A DNA stretch of 64,000 nucleotides from Elusimicrobiota bacterium (GTDB lineage: Bacteria > Elusimicrobiota > Elusimicrobia > FEN-1173), in assembly GCA_016788905.1 (NCBI GenBank), contig JAEURZ010000008.1:25494-89493 (forward strand). Reading direction: 5' to 3'. The translations under genes were made by a program, and so were the position numbers. This document shows positions 55,338-63,202 of this stretch, piece after piece (within the stretch, counting starts at the first letter, position 1; the number at the start of each line of letters is the position of its first letter). Under the pieces are notes generated by a model. The model was not told where the DNA came from. It ran no database searches and saw nothing but the letters and a program-made list of their open reading frames with translations.

Positions 55338-55439
55338 ATGGGTCCTGTTTGTCCATGGGGTGAGTCACCCGTCATCGGCCAGCTTGGGGAGTTGCTTTAT
55401 AGGGATAAATTATTTCTCCTCGCCTCAGCTTTCCAATGA
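55338..55439 (+). CDS. candidate 33-codon upstream ORF coupled to the TPP-enzyme gene
   Basis: GGGAGG at 55325-55330 lies 7 nt upstream of ATG 55338. The peptide is MGPVCPWGESPVIGQLGELLYRDKLFLLASAFQ. Its TGA (55437-55439) overlaps the ATG of the next gene (ATGA). It is below the track size cut-off. Confidence 0.3.
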   Translation: MGPVCPWGESPVIGQLGELLYRDKLFLLASAFQ

Positions 55440-57283
55440 TTACAAACTTTACCGCACTTTCTCAACTCAATTCCCCCGAAGTCAGTTCCCCGCCCCTTGC
55501 AGAACCAGATCCACCCCGAATTCCCGTTGATAAATTTCCTTGCACGGAGCCACTCATTCTTCCGGCGGTTCAAGTTCTTCTGGCCTATCTCGAACAAGAA
55601 GGAGTGGATTCTATTTTTGGAATACCTGGAGGCCCTCTCATGCCTTTTTATGAGGGTCTCTTTGATCGGGGGAAAATCCGTCCGATTATCGCGAAGCATG
55701 AAGAGGGCGCGGCTTTTATGGCGGATGGTTACGCTCGGGTTTCCGGGCGATTGGGCGTGTGTTGCACCACCACCGGCCCTGGGGCGACCAACGCCTTAAC
55801 GGGAATCGCCTGCGCCTATCGAGACTCGGTCCCGGTCATGCTCATTACGGCTCAAGTGGCCTTAGCCGCGTTTGGGAAAGGAGCCGCACAAGAAAGCTCC
55901 CCGTTAGGGATTGATATCGTGGATATGTTCAAGGACGTGACGAAAGCCAGCGTGATGTTAATGACCCCCGAACGGATCTCTGACATTACCCGTCACCTTC
56001 TCCGCACAGGGTTGACTGGTCGCCCCGGACCCATTCACTTGAGTCTCCCGGCGGACATGATGAAAACAAAAGTACAGGCAGACATTCGCCCTCCATCCCA
56101 GTACCGAACCCCTCCTGAACTTTTCGACCGCCGGTCTGTCAAGGAAGCTGTTCGACTTCTCGGTCAGGCCCACCGACCTGTTATCTTGGCGGGGTACGGT
56201 GTCCATCTGTCCCGTGCCTATGCGGAGCTTCTCTCTTTAGCTGAACAGCAACGGATCCCTGTGGCGACAACCCCGAAAGCCAAGGGGGTCTTTCCAGAAG
56301 ATCATATTCTCTCCTTGGGGGTCTTTGGGTTTGCGGGTTCTCCTCAGGCGGACGCCATCCTTCTTTCTGAAGATGTGGATTTAGTCTTAGCGATTGGAAC
56401 CAGTTTTGGTGAGTCGAGTTCCCACGCCTGGGATCCCCGTTTTATTCAGGGGAAAAAACTCATGCATATTGACGTGGATCCCCGGGAAATTGGGAAGAAT
56501 TATCCGGTTCAGGTGGGCCTTGTTGGCGATGCGAAACAGGTTCTCCTGGAGATGAGTTATCAGTTCCTTCGCGATACGAAATGGAAAGACGGGACCCATG
56601 ACTTAGGCTATCGTCTCGCGGCCGTTCGAGCGACGAAAGCCATGTATCAACGATCTTTGGATGCTCAACTCATGATGGACGATTCCATGCCGATCAAACC
56701 CCAACGATTGATGGATGAGTTACGACGGGCCATTCCGCCCAATGGAATCTTATTTGTGGATATTGGAAATGTCATGGCGTGGGCCCTTCACTACTACACA
56801 GTGATAGAGCCCGGTACGTTTTTTCTTAATATGGGTTTCGGTTCCATGGGGCATGGCGTTGCAGCGGCCATAGGGGGGAAACTGGCGATCAAGGACCGGC
56901 CCGTTTTCGCCTTGGTTGGAGATGGGTCTTTTGCCATGAACGGGATGGAAATCCACACGGCTGTGGAGAATAATATCCCTGTCGTTTGGGTTGTCATGAA
57001 CAATGGAGGCCATGGGATGGTCCATCTTGGCGAAAAAGTTCAGTTCAAGAAAAAATTCAACACTTCTCTTTTTAACCATCCCCTGCAAATTGCCGAAATG
57101 GCAAAAGCCATGGGGGCGGAAGGGATTCGTGTTGAGGATCCCAAAGAACTCTCAAAGGCTCTTCATCGTGCGATGGGTATAAACAGGCCATGTGTGATTG
57201 AGGTCATGACCGATCAGGACGCTATTCCTCCATTAGGGGTCCGGATGGCCACGCTTGAGAAATTTTTTCAAAGCGGAAAATAA
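55436..57283 (+). CDS. thiamine-pyrophosphate-dependent enzyme, acetolactate-synthase-like large subunit family
   Basis: Motifs FGIPGG, HEEGAAFMADGYAR, TTGPGATN and the TPP-binding GDGSFAMN...NNGG. There is no ilvN/ilvH or ilvC nearby. The only in-frame start is ATG 55436, which has no Shine-Dalgarno sequence. Confidence 0.8.
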   Translation: MITNFTALSQLNSPEVSSPPLAEPDPPRIPVDKFPCTEPLILPAVQVLLAYLEQEGVDSIFGIPGGPLMPFYEGLFDRGKIRPIIAKHEEGAAFMADGYARVSGRLGVCCTTTGPGATNALTGIACAYRDSVPVMLITAQVALAAFGKGAAQESSPLGIDIVDMFKDVTKASVMLMTPERISDITRHLLRTGLTGRPGPIHLSLPADMMKTKVQADIRPPSQYRTPPELFDRRSVKEAVRLLGQAHRPVILAGYGVHLSRAYAELLSLAEQQRIPVATTPKAKGVFPEDHILSLGVFGFAGSPQADAILLSEDVDLVLAIGTSFGESSSHAWDPRFIQGKKLMHIDVDPREIGKNYPVQVGLVGDAKQVLLEMSYQFLRDTKWKDGTHDLGYRLAAVRATKAMYQRSLDAQLMMDDSMPIKPQRLMDELRRAIPPNGILFVDIGNVMAWALHYYTVIEPGTFFLNMGFGSMGHGVAAAIGGKLAIKDRPVFALVGDGSFAMNGMEIHTAVENNIPVVWVVMNNGGHGMVHLGEKVQFKKKFNTSLFNHPLQIAEMAKAMGAEGIRVEDPKELSKALHRAMGINRPCVIEVMTDQDAIPPLGVRMATLEKFFQSGK

Positions 57284-57323
57284 AAATGTTCTCTTCAACA
57301 GGCATATCCTTTTGGAGATATTG

Positions 57324-57374
57324 ATGATGGAAATCCCTGGTGTCTTTTTAAGTCCATGGATCTCTTGGATTTAG
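57324..57374 (+). CDS. candidate 16-codon small ORF
   Basis: GGAG at 57314-57317 lies 6 nt upstream of ATG 57324. The peptide is MMEIPGVFLSPWISWI. Confidence 0.2.
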   Translation: MMEIPGVFLSPWISWI

Positions 57375-57399
57375 GCATTTATTTCTGGAGAGGTGGTTG

Positions 57400-58464
57400 A
57401 TGAATTTATTGAAAAATACAAAAAGAGATTTATCGAACATTTGTCCTCCCGTTGTGAGTGATCGGGAAGGTCTGGATCGATTGGCTCAGCTAGGGATGGG
57501 GTTTCGCGGTTTTAGAGCCCTGACCTTAGCTATTGAGCTCGAGATTTTCGACTCGCTTGAAATGGCTCATGGTCGTCTTGAATTTCTTTCCCAAAAACTC
57601 TGTCTACTTCCGCATCATTTAAGTCAATTACTCGATGTCCTTGTGGCACTTGGTTTTCTTACTAAAAAAGCCAACATTTATCGCCATACTCAATTTTCAA
57701 GGAACTGGTTTCGAAAGGTCGGGAGCAAGAGCATGGCGAGGAATTTGAAATTCCAATCTTTTTTGGTGCAGGCCTATGCAGACCTCCCTAAAACATTCAA
57801 AAGAGGGCGCCCCACCCAAAGCTTGGGTCGCCTTCTTTCTCGAAGGAAAGATTTTCTAACCGATTATATTGCCGGGATGGCCGAAATAGCTAAAGGGCCG
57901 TCTATCGTTTTGGCCAAGTCCATAGATCTTCGTGGTGTTCGTCAGATTCTTGATGTCGGAGGCGGGCATGGATTGTTTTCCCTGGCCTTGTTGAAAAAGA
58001 AATCAACACTTCATGCGGATATCCTTGATTTTCCATCAACTCTAGAAATGACTAAAAAGTTTATCCCGTCTCGCCGCTATAAAGGGAGAGTTTCGTTCCT
58101 CAAGGGGGATTATCGATCAACCCCATTCAGGCGGCGTTATTATGACCTCATCCTTTTTTCGCATGTGTTGCATGATGAAGACCCCTCCACCATTCTCCTT
58201 CTTCTGAAAAAAGCACGCGCCGCTTTGGCGCCAACGGGAAAAATTCTAATTCATGATTTCTTTACTAATGAAGAAGGATTGACCCCTCTCTTTAGTCTCC
58301 TTTTGGGGTTCCAATTGGCGTCTTACACGACGGCAGGTCGATGTTATTCTGTTAAAGACTTAAGATTTTGGTTGAGGGAAACGGGTTTCAAATCACTTTG
58401 GGTAAAAACCATTAATGCGAACCTGCCTTCCGCGACAATGGCCATACTTGCCCGAGAAGATTAA
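57400..58464 (+). CDS. class I SAM-dependent O-methyltransferase (family-2 type with N-terminal dimerisation/winged-helix region)
   Basis: SAM motif I ILDVGGGHG, with downstream acidic and aromatic motifs at the spacing typical of family-2 O-methyltransferases. A GGAGAGGTGG Shine-Dalgarno sequence precedes ATG 57400. Confidence 0.75.
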   Translation: MNLLKNTKRDLSNICPPVVSDREGLDRLAQLGMGFRGFRALTLAIELEIFDSLEMAHGRLEFLSQKLCLLPHHLSQLLDVLVALGFLTKKANIYRHTQFSRNWFRKVGSKSMARNLKFQSFLVQAYADLPKTFKRGRPTQSLGRLLSRRKDFLTDYIAGMAEIAKGPSIVLAKSIDLRGVRQILDVGGGHGLFSLALLKKKSTLHADILDFPSTLEMTKKFIPSRRYKGRVSFLKGDYRSTPFRRRYYDLILFSHVLHDEDPSTILLLLKKARAALAPTGKILIHDFFTNEEGLTPLFSLLLGFQLASYTTAGRCYSVKDLRFWLRETGFKSLWVKTINANLPSATMAILARED

Positions 58465-58490
58465 ACCATTCGAAAGGGAGAATCTGTTTC

Positions 58491-60083
58491 ATGGATACTT
58501 TTTCAGGTCTAACAAAGGGTGGGTTTTTCAAGGAGTACAGAGACATAAATACGACTGCTTTTTTTAAAAGATATGGCACCCTCCTTCTCTTCGTTTTGTT
58601 TCCGCTTTTTCTAATGGGTGCGGGGGGTGAGGGTAACAAAAAAATGAAAACTCGGCGCATCGTTGTTTGTGACGATAATGTTGACCCCGGGGCTCTTGAT
58701 CCATTTTTCACGTTTTCTGAAAAGAAATTCACATTACTTCAACAGATGTTAGAGGGTTTGGTCCGATTTGATTCGGAAGCAAATATTGTTCCTTCTCTGG
58801 CTAAATCTTGGGAACGTGTAAGTCCCCTCCGAATGCGGTTTCACCTTCGCCACGGAGTCCGGTTTCACAACGGAGAACCATTTAACGCGGAAAGCGTTCG
58901 ATTTACCCTTGAACGAAGTCTTGACCCTAAGACGGGATCACCTCTTCAGGGTTTTCTCGCATCGATCGATCGTATAGAAGATGTTGACCCCTATACGGTT
59001 GATATTATAACGAAATTCCCTGACGGACTTCTTCTTCGACGTTTGGCCGGACTTGTGCTACTCGTTCCCCCCAAAGATTATGAGAATAAAGGGCCCTCCC
59101 GTTTCGCTAAAAGTCCTAATGGAACGGGGCCATTTAAGCTGAAATATTGGTCCTCAGGGAAAGAAATTGTTATGGAAAGAAATGTGGATTATTGGGATTC
59201 ATCCCTTCCTAAAATCGATGAACTCGTTATGAGTTTTCTTCCGAATGTGGATGAACAACTTGAGGGGTTGTTGGATGGTCATGTGGATTTAATGACTGAA
59301 CTACCTGGGACATACACGCTAAAAGTAGCCGAGGCACCCAATGCCCATATTGTCAAGAAAGAAGCCTTATACGCCGTGGGCGGTCATTTTAACACGGCGA
59401 TTCCCCCCTTTAATGATGTGAGAGTTCGGCAGGCGGTGAATTATGCCCTAAACAAAGCCGAGTTCATTCGCTACGATTTGTTAGGAAATGGCGAAGCGGT
59501 TTCAACCGTTGCGACCCCAGGTCAGATTGGATACAACAAAAAGTTGATTCCCTACCCATTCAATTTGTCTAAGGCTAAGGAGCTCCTTCGTGAAGCCGGG
59601 GTTCAACTTCCTATTACTATCGATGTTTTTTTGGTCCCATTTGTCGAACGACCGGCTCGAATTGCGAAGAAACAATTGGAGGCGATTGGGATTAACGCGG
59701 TTCTTCATGTGTTCCCAGATGGAGATGCTGTGGAAGAATTTAAAAAAGGAACTTGGAATTTGGGAATGGCAACATTCCCCTCCCCAACAGCCCACGTTTC
59801 ATTTTCTGAAGGATTACTCTTCTATTCCAAATCCCACTTCAGTATGCACAAGGACCCTTCTTTCGACAGTGCTTTTGAAAAGGCCATGATGATACTAGAT
59901 TCCAAAGAAAGTGATTTAGCGTTTCAGGAAATAGAAAGAAAAGTTCACGAAGACGCTCTTGGGATGTTTCTTTACAGGCGGATTAAAACCTACGCTGTGA
60001 GTCAACGGATAAACTTTCGTCCCTACCTTACCGGAATGCCCCATTACTCCGATGCTGTGTCTATTGAAACTGCCAAACAATGA
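58491..60083 (+). CDS. family-5 (peptide/nickel/opine type) solute-binding protein, no cognate permease or ATPase adjacent
   Basis: Motifs LVRFDSEANIVPSLAKSWE, RF-x-LR-x-GV-x-FHNGEPF-x-A and GTGPFKL. N-terminal hydrophobic anchor or signal. Confidence 0.8.
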   Translation: MDTFSGLTKGGFFKEYRDINTTAFFKRYGTLLLFVLFPLFLMGAGGEGNKKMKTRRIVVCDDNVDPGALDPFFTFSEKKFTLLQQMLEGLVRFDSEANIVPSLAKSWERVSPLRMRFHLRHGVRFHNGEPFNAESVRFTLERSLDPKTGSPLQGFLASIDRIEDVDPYTVDIITKFPDGLLLRRLAGLVLLVPPKDYENKGPSRFAKSPNGTGPFKLKYWSSGKEIVMERNVDYWDSSLPKIDELVMSFLPNVDEQLEGLLDGHVDLMTELPGTYTLKVAEAPNAHIVKKEALYAVGGHFNTAIPPFNDVRVRQAVNYALNKAEFIRYDLLGNGEAVSTVATPGQIGYNKKLIPYPFNLSKAKELLREAGVQLPITIDVFLVPFVERPARIAKKQLEAIGINAVLHVFPDGDAVEEFKKGTWNLGMATFPSPTAHVSFSEGLLFYSKSHFSMHKDPSFDSAFEKAMMILDSKESDLAFQEIERKVHEDALGMFLYRRIKTYAVSQRINFRPYLTGMPHYSDAVSIETAKQ

Positions 60084-60508
60084 CCCCAAGTCTCTCTTTA
60101 GGTCTTAAGATATTTCTTCTGATTTCAGGAGTTTTTCATTTTATTCAAGTGATCGCGATGGTTGGTTTCTCTGGTTTTTTAAAACAAAGGTCCATGAGTT
60201 CGTGCGAGTGGACCCCTGAATCTGAGCTTGGAAAAGCGATCCGACGAGGTTTAATTTTGTTTGTGGTTGGTTCAGGTATCCTTGTTTTGTTGAATTTATC
60301 TGAAATTCTTCGGGGGGGGGGCTTGGCGATATCTCTGTGCGTTTTACTTTCCTGTATTTTTGGCTACCGGTGGTTTCTTCAGTTATTTTGTTTTTCAAAA
60401 TTTTTGAAACTTGGGGCGTCTCGTTATGCCCATTGGTGTTTGATTTTAGGTTCAGGAATAGCGTCAATTACTTATGCGATTTGTGCGGTTATTCTTGTCA
60501 TGGTTTAA
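60080..60508 (+). CDS. small 4-TM membrane protein, function unknown
   Basis: 142 aa with four hydrophobic segments. ATGA overlap with the solute-binding protein gene. Confidence 0.55.
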   Translation: MTPSLSLGLKIFLLISGVFHFIQVIAMVGFSGFLKQRSMSSCEWTPESELGKAIRRGLILFVVGSGILVLLNLSEILRGGGLAISLCVLLSCIFGYRWFLQLFCFSKFLKLGASRYAHWCLILGSGIASITYAICAVILVMV

Positions 60509-60520
60509 CAGGGAGGTCTC

Positions 60521-61450
60521 ATGGAGAAGTGCACTGTGTTGAGATTCTGTTTGAGAATTCTGTTGATGTCAGTGGGCTTGGGGTGGACGTCCCTTTCTCT
60601 CTGGGGATTCAATCAACCCCCGCTGAACATGAGCGCGACCACTTTTTTGGATGGGGGGGCGCCTCGCGGGGTTTATTATTTGAATTATTCGATTTTTGTG
60701 AATGGCGATAAGGCTTTCACGGGGGATGGGAAGAAGATCCCCGGTGATGGGCAGGTCAATGTTTTGACTCAGCTTCATCAATTCTATTACCATTCCCCCC
60801 TTCAACTTTTGGGGGGAGACGTGGGGCTCATGGTGGCTGTTCCGGTGGTGGCGTTGACAGCGAAAGGGTCCCTTGGGGCGACCCCACTTTCTGGGGATAC
60901 GGCGGGTTTAGGGGATGTGGTGTTTGCTCCGGCCATCCAGTGGGACCATGGGTCTCTGATGGGGAACCCTGTCTTTTATCGGGCGGAATTTGATGTGACA
61001 CTGCCGACAGGGCGTTACAATAAAGATGGGGGGATTGATCCGGGATCGAATCTCGTTACGTACAATCCCTATGTGTCGGTGGTGTGGTTGTTTCAGCCCA
61101 AGTGGGAAACCAGTTGGCGGTTTTTTTACGCCCATCATTCCACGAATAAGGATCACCCTTTCGGGACAGTGAAACCAGGACAAGCGGTGCATTTGAATTA
61201 CGCTGTTTCGCGTGAGGTCTTTCCGAAGTGGCGATTGGGCGTGGCGGGGTATTATCTCCAGCAGCTGAAAAACGATACGATCAATGGTGTTAAAGAAAGA
61301 AACACGAAGGAACGTGTGGTCTCCGCTGGGCCCGGGTTGGCCTACCTGGGGCAGGGGCTCACCGCGATGGTCAGTTACCCCATTGAATTCTCCGTCGAAA
61401 ATCGGTTTAGAGGGTCACGGGCCACTCTTCAAATTATCCACAAGTTTTAA
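60521..61450 (+). CDS. outer-membrane channel of the 'MetA-pathway of phenol degradation'/SphA-like transporter family
   Basis: Signal peptide, GLGDVVFAP-x-IQW, LPTGRY-x-x-D-x-x-I-x-x-GSN, alternating beta-strands and a C-terminal aromatic residue (HKF). GGGAGG Shine-Dalgarno sequence. Confidence 0.7.
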   Translation: MEKCTVLRFCLRILLMSVGLGWTSLSLWGFNQPPLNMSATTFLDGGAPRGVYYLNYSIFVNGDKAFTGDGKKIPGDGQVNVLTQLHQFYYHSPLQLLGGDVGLMVAVPVVALTAKGSLGATPLSGDTAGLGDVVFAPAIQWDHGSLMGNPVFYRAEFDVTLPTGRYNKDGGIDPGSNLVTYNPYVSVVWLFQPKWETSWRFFYAHHSTNKDHPFGTVKPGQAVHLNYAVSREVFPKWRLGVAGYYLQQLKNDTINGVKERNTKERVVSAGPGLAYLGQGLTAMVSYPIEFSVENRFRGSRATLQIIHKF

Positions 61451-61494
61451 GTGCTTGGCGTGTGGGCGTGAGCGGTTGGGGAGGGTGGTGGGCG

Positions 61495-61523
61495 TTGACA
61501 GGTTCGGACGCACGATTTAGAAT
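61495..61523 (+). promoter_or_regulatory. sigma70-like promoter of coaD (TTGACA-N17-TAGAAT)
   Basis: -35 at 61495-61500 and -10 at 61518-61523. The GTG start is 6 nt downstream. Confidence 0.55.
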
Positions 61524-61529
61524 GGGTTC

Positions 61530-62033
61530 GTGAGAAAAAAACGTGTGGTGTATCCCGGGAGTTTCGATCCCATCACCAATGGGCACCTGGATATTGTTTG
61601 CCGGGCTTGTGAGATTTTTGACACTGTTATTGTGGCGGTCACGCGGAACGCCACGAAATCGCCTCTCTTCACTCTCCAGGAACGGCTCTCCATGCTGAAC
61701 CTCGTTTTGGCTCCTTTGGTCAAAAACGGCAAGGTTCGCGTGGATTCCTTTGATGGGCTTTTGGCGGATTATTGTCGAGAAAAAGGGGCTCAAGCGGTAG
61801 CCCGGGGACTCCGGGCTGTCTCGGACTTTGAATACGAGTTTCAAATGGCACTCATGAATCGTCACCTGTCCCCTGAATTGGAAACGGTTTTTTTGATGGC
61901 CGATGAAAAATACACGTATCTCTCCTCCTCGCTCCTAAAAGACGTCATGCGGCTCGGTGGGGACGGCAGCCGTTTCGTCCCTTCTCCGCTCCTCGAGACG
62001 TTAAAAAAGAAACTCCGTCCCTCCACGCCCTAA
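61530..62033 (+). CDS. coaD: pantetheine-phosphate adenylyltransferase
   Basis: VYPGSFDPITNGHLDI. GTG 61530 is the only possible start, because an in-frame TAG lies at 61518. Confidence 0.9.
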   Translation: MRKKRVVYPGSFDPITNGHLDIVCRACEIFDTVIVAVTRNATKSPLFTLQERLSMLNLVLAPLVKNGKVRVDSFDGLLADYCREKGAQAVARGLRAVSDFEYEFQMALMNRHLSPELETVFLMADEKYTYLSSSLLKDVMRLGGDGSRFVPSPLLETLKKKLRPSTP

Positions 62034-62132
62034 GAATTTTCTTACCCCCAACACCCGTTTGTTTCGCCCTCTCGATTTAATCTGAGTTTTCGAGTGGGAT
62101 TTGAGATTTTAGAAAGGATCCCCGGAATCCCC

Positions 62133-62161
62133 TTGACTTCTTCTTGTCCTGGGGTTATTCT
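62133..62161 (+). promoter_or_regulatory. candidate promoter of pta (TTGACT-N17-TATTCT) preceded by a GGATCCCC/GGAATCCCC direct repeat
   Basis: -35 at 62133-62138, -10 at 62156-62161, and the direct repeat at 62116-62132. Confidence 0.4.
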
Positions 62162-62174
62162 TCGAACAGGCGTG

Positions 62175-63179
62175 ATGAAATCGAGCGAGAAGAATTCTTT
62201 TTGGGAACACTGTCGACAGAAGGCGGCCTCCCATTTGAGGCGCGTCCTCTTGGTGGAATCGGAGGACCCGCGAGTTTTGTCCGCCGCCCAGATTGTTCAT
62301 AGGAGAAGTATTGCCCATCCCCTTTTGGTTGGAAACGTTGATCGGGTTTCGGCAGAAGCTTCTCGAATAGGTCTGGATTTAAAAGGAATCGAATGTGTTG
62401 ACCCGGCCACGGACCCGCGCACGGAGAGATTGGGGCGTGATCTCTTTGAAAAGAGGAAGGGTAAAGGGCTGACGGAGGAACAGGCCCATATTTTGGTTCA
62501 GGATCCCCTATTCTTTGGGGTGATGGCTCTCCATGGGAATTTTGCGGACGGACTTGTGGCGGGAGCTGTCCGAACGACCTCCGAAACCGTTCGTGCTGGA
62601 TTTTGGGGGTTGGGGTTGGCTCCTCATGTTGAAATTGCTTTTGGAGCCATGGTGATGGATTGTCCTTTTTCTGGAGGCCATTCCCGCACATTGCTTTTCG
62701 CCGATTGTGCGGTTTCTCCCCATCCATCGCCTCGCGCGTTAGCGGCGGTGGGAATAGCCGCGGCGGAACTGTTTGAAAAATTGGTCGGGGGGCCCGCACG
62801 GGTGGCGTTCTTGAGTTTTTCAACTTTGGGAAGCGCGGCAGATGACAGCGTGGTTGCGACTCGACACGCGGTTGAGTTGGTCCGTAAGAAGGCTCCGACT
62901 CTTCTTGTGGATGGGGAACTTCAAGCCGACGCGGCGTTGGTGGACGTTATTGCCCGGCAAAAGGGTATGGGCCATTCTCTCGTGGCGGGCCAGGCCAACG
63001 TCTTGGTCTTTCCGGATTTGAACGCGGGGAATACGGGGTATAAATTGGTTCAACACTTGGGGGGGGCCCGCGCGGTGGGCCCCTTGTTGGTGGGTCTGGC
63101 GAAACCCATGTCCGATCTTTCGCGTGGGTGTACCGATGAAGACATTGTCGACGCGGTGGCCTTAACCGCGCTACTCTAA
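62175..63179 (+). CDS. pta: phosphate acetyltransferase (PTA_PTB domain only)
   Basis: Motifs GLVAGAV-x-TT, SFST-x-GSA, VDGELQ-x-DAA and PDLNAGN-x-x-YKL. ATG 62175 is chosen because the GTG at 62094 would put the promoter inside the ORF. Confidence 0.85.
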   Translation: MKSSEKNSFWEHCRQKAASHLRRVLLVESEDPRVLSAAQIVHRRSIAHPLLVGNVDRVSAEASRIGLDLKGIECVDPATDPRTERLGRDLFEKRKGKGLTEEQAHILVQDPLFFGVMALHGNFADGLVAGAVRTTSETVRAGFWGLGLAPHVEIAFGAMVMDCPFSGGHSRTLLFADCAVSPHPSPRALAAVGIAAAELFEKLVGGPARVAFLSFSTLGSAADDSVVATRHAVELVRKKAPTLLVDGELQADAALVDVIARQKGMGHSLVAGQANVLVFPDLNAGNTGYKLVQHLGGARAVGPLLVGLAKPMSDLSRGCTDEDIVDAVALTALL

Positions 63180-63202
63180 AGAGAGAACCTCTGGGGGGTC
63201 TG

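Noticed and set aside
62094-62174. GTG-initiated 27-codon extension of pta.
   Set aside because: It would contain the TTGACT-N17-TATTCT promoter-like element and adds non-conserved sequence. ATG 62175 is preferred.
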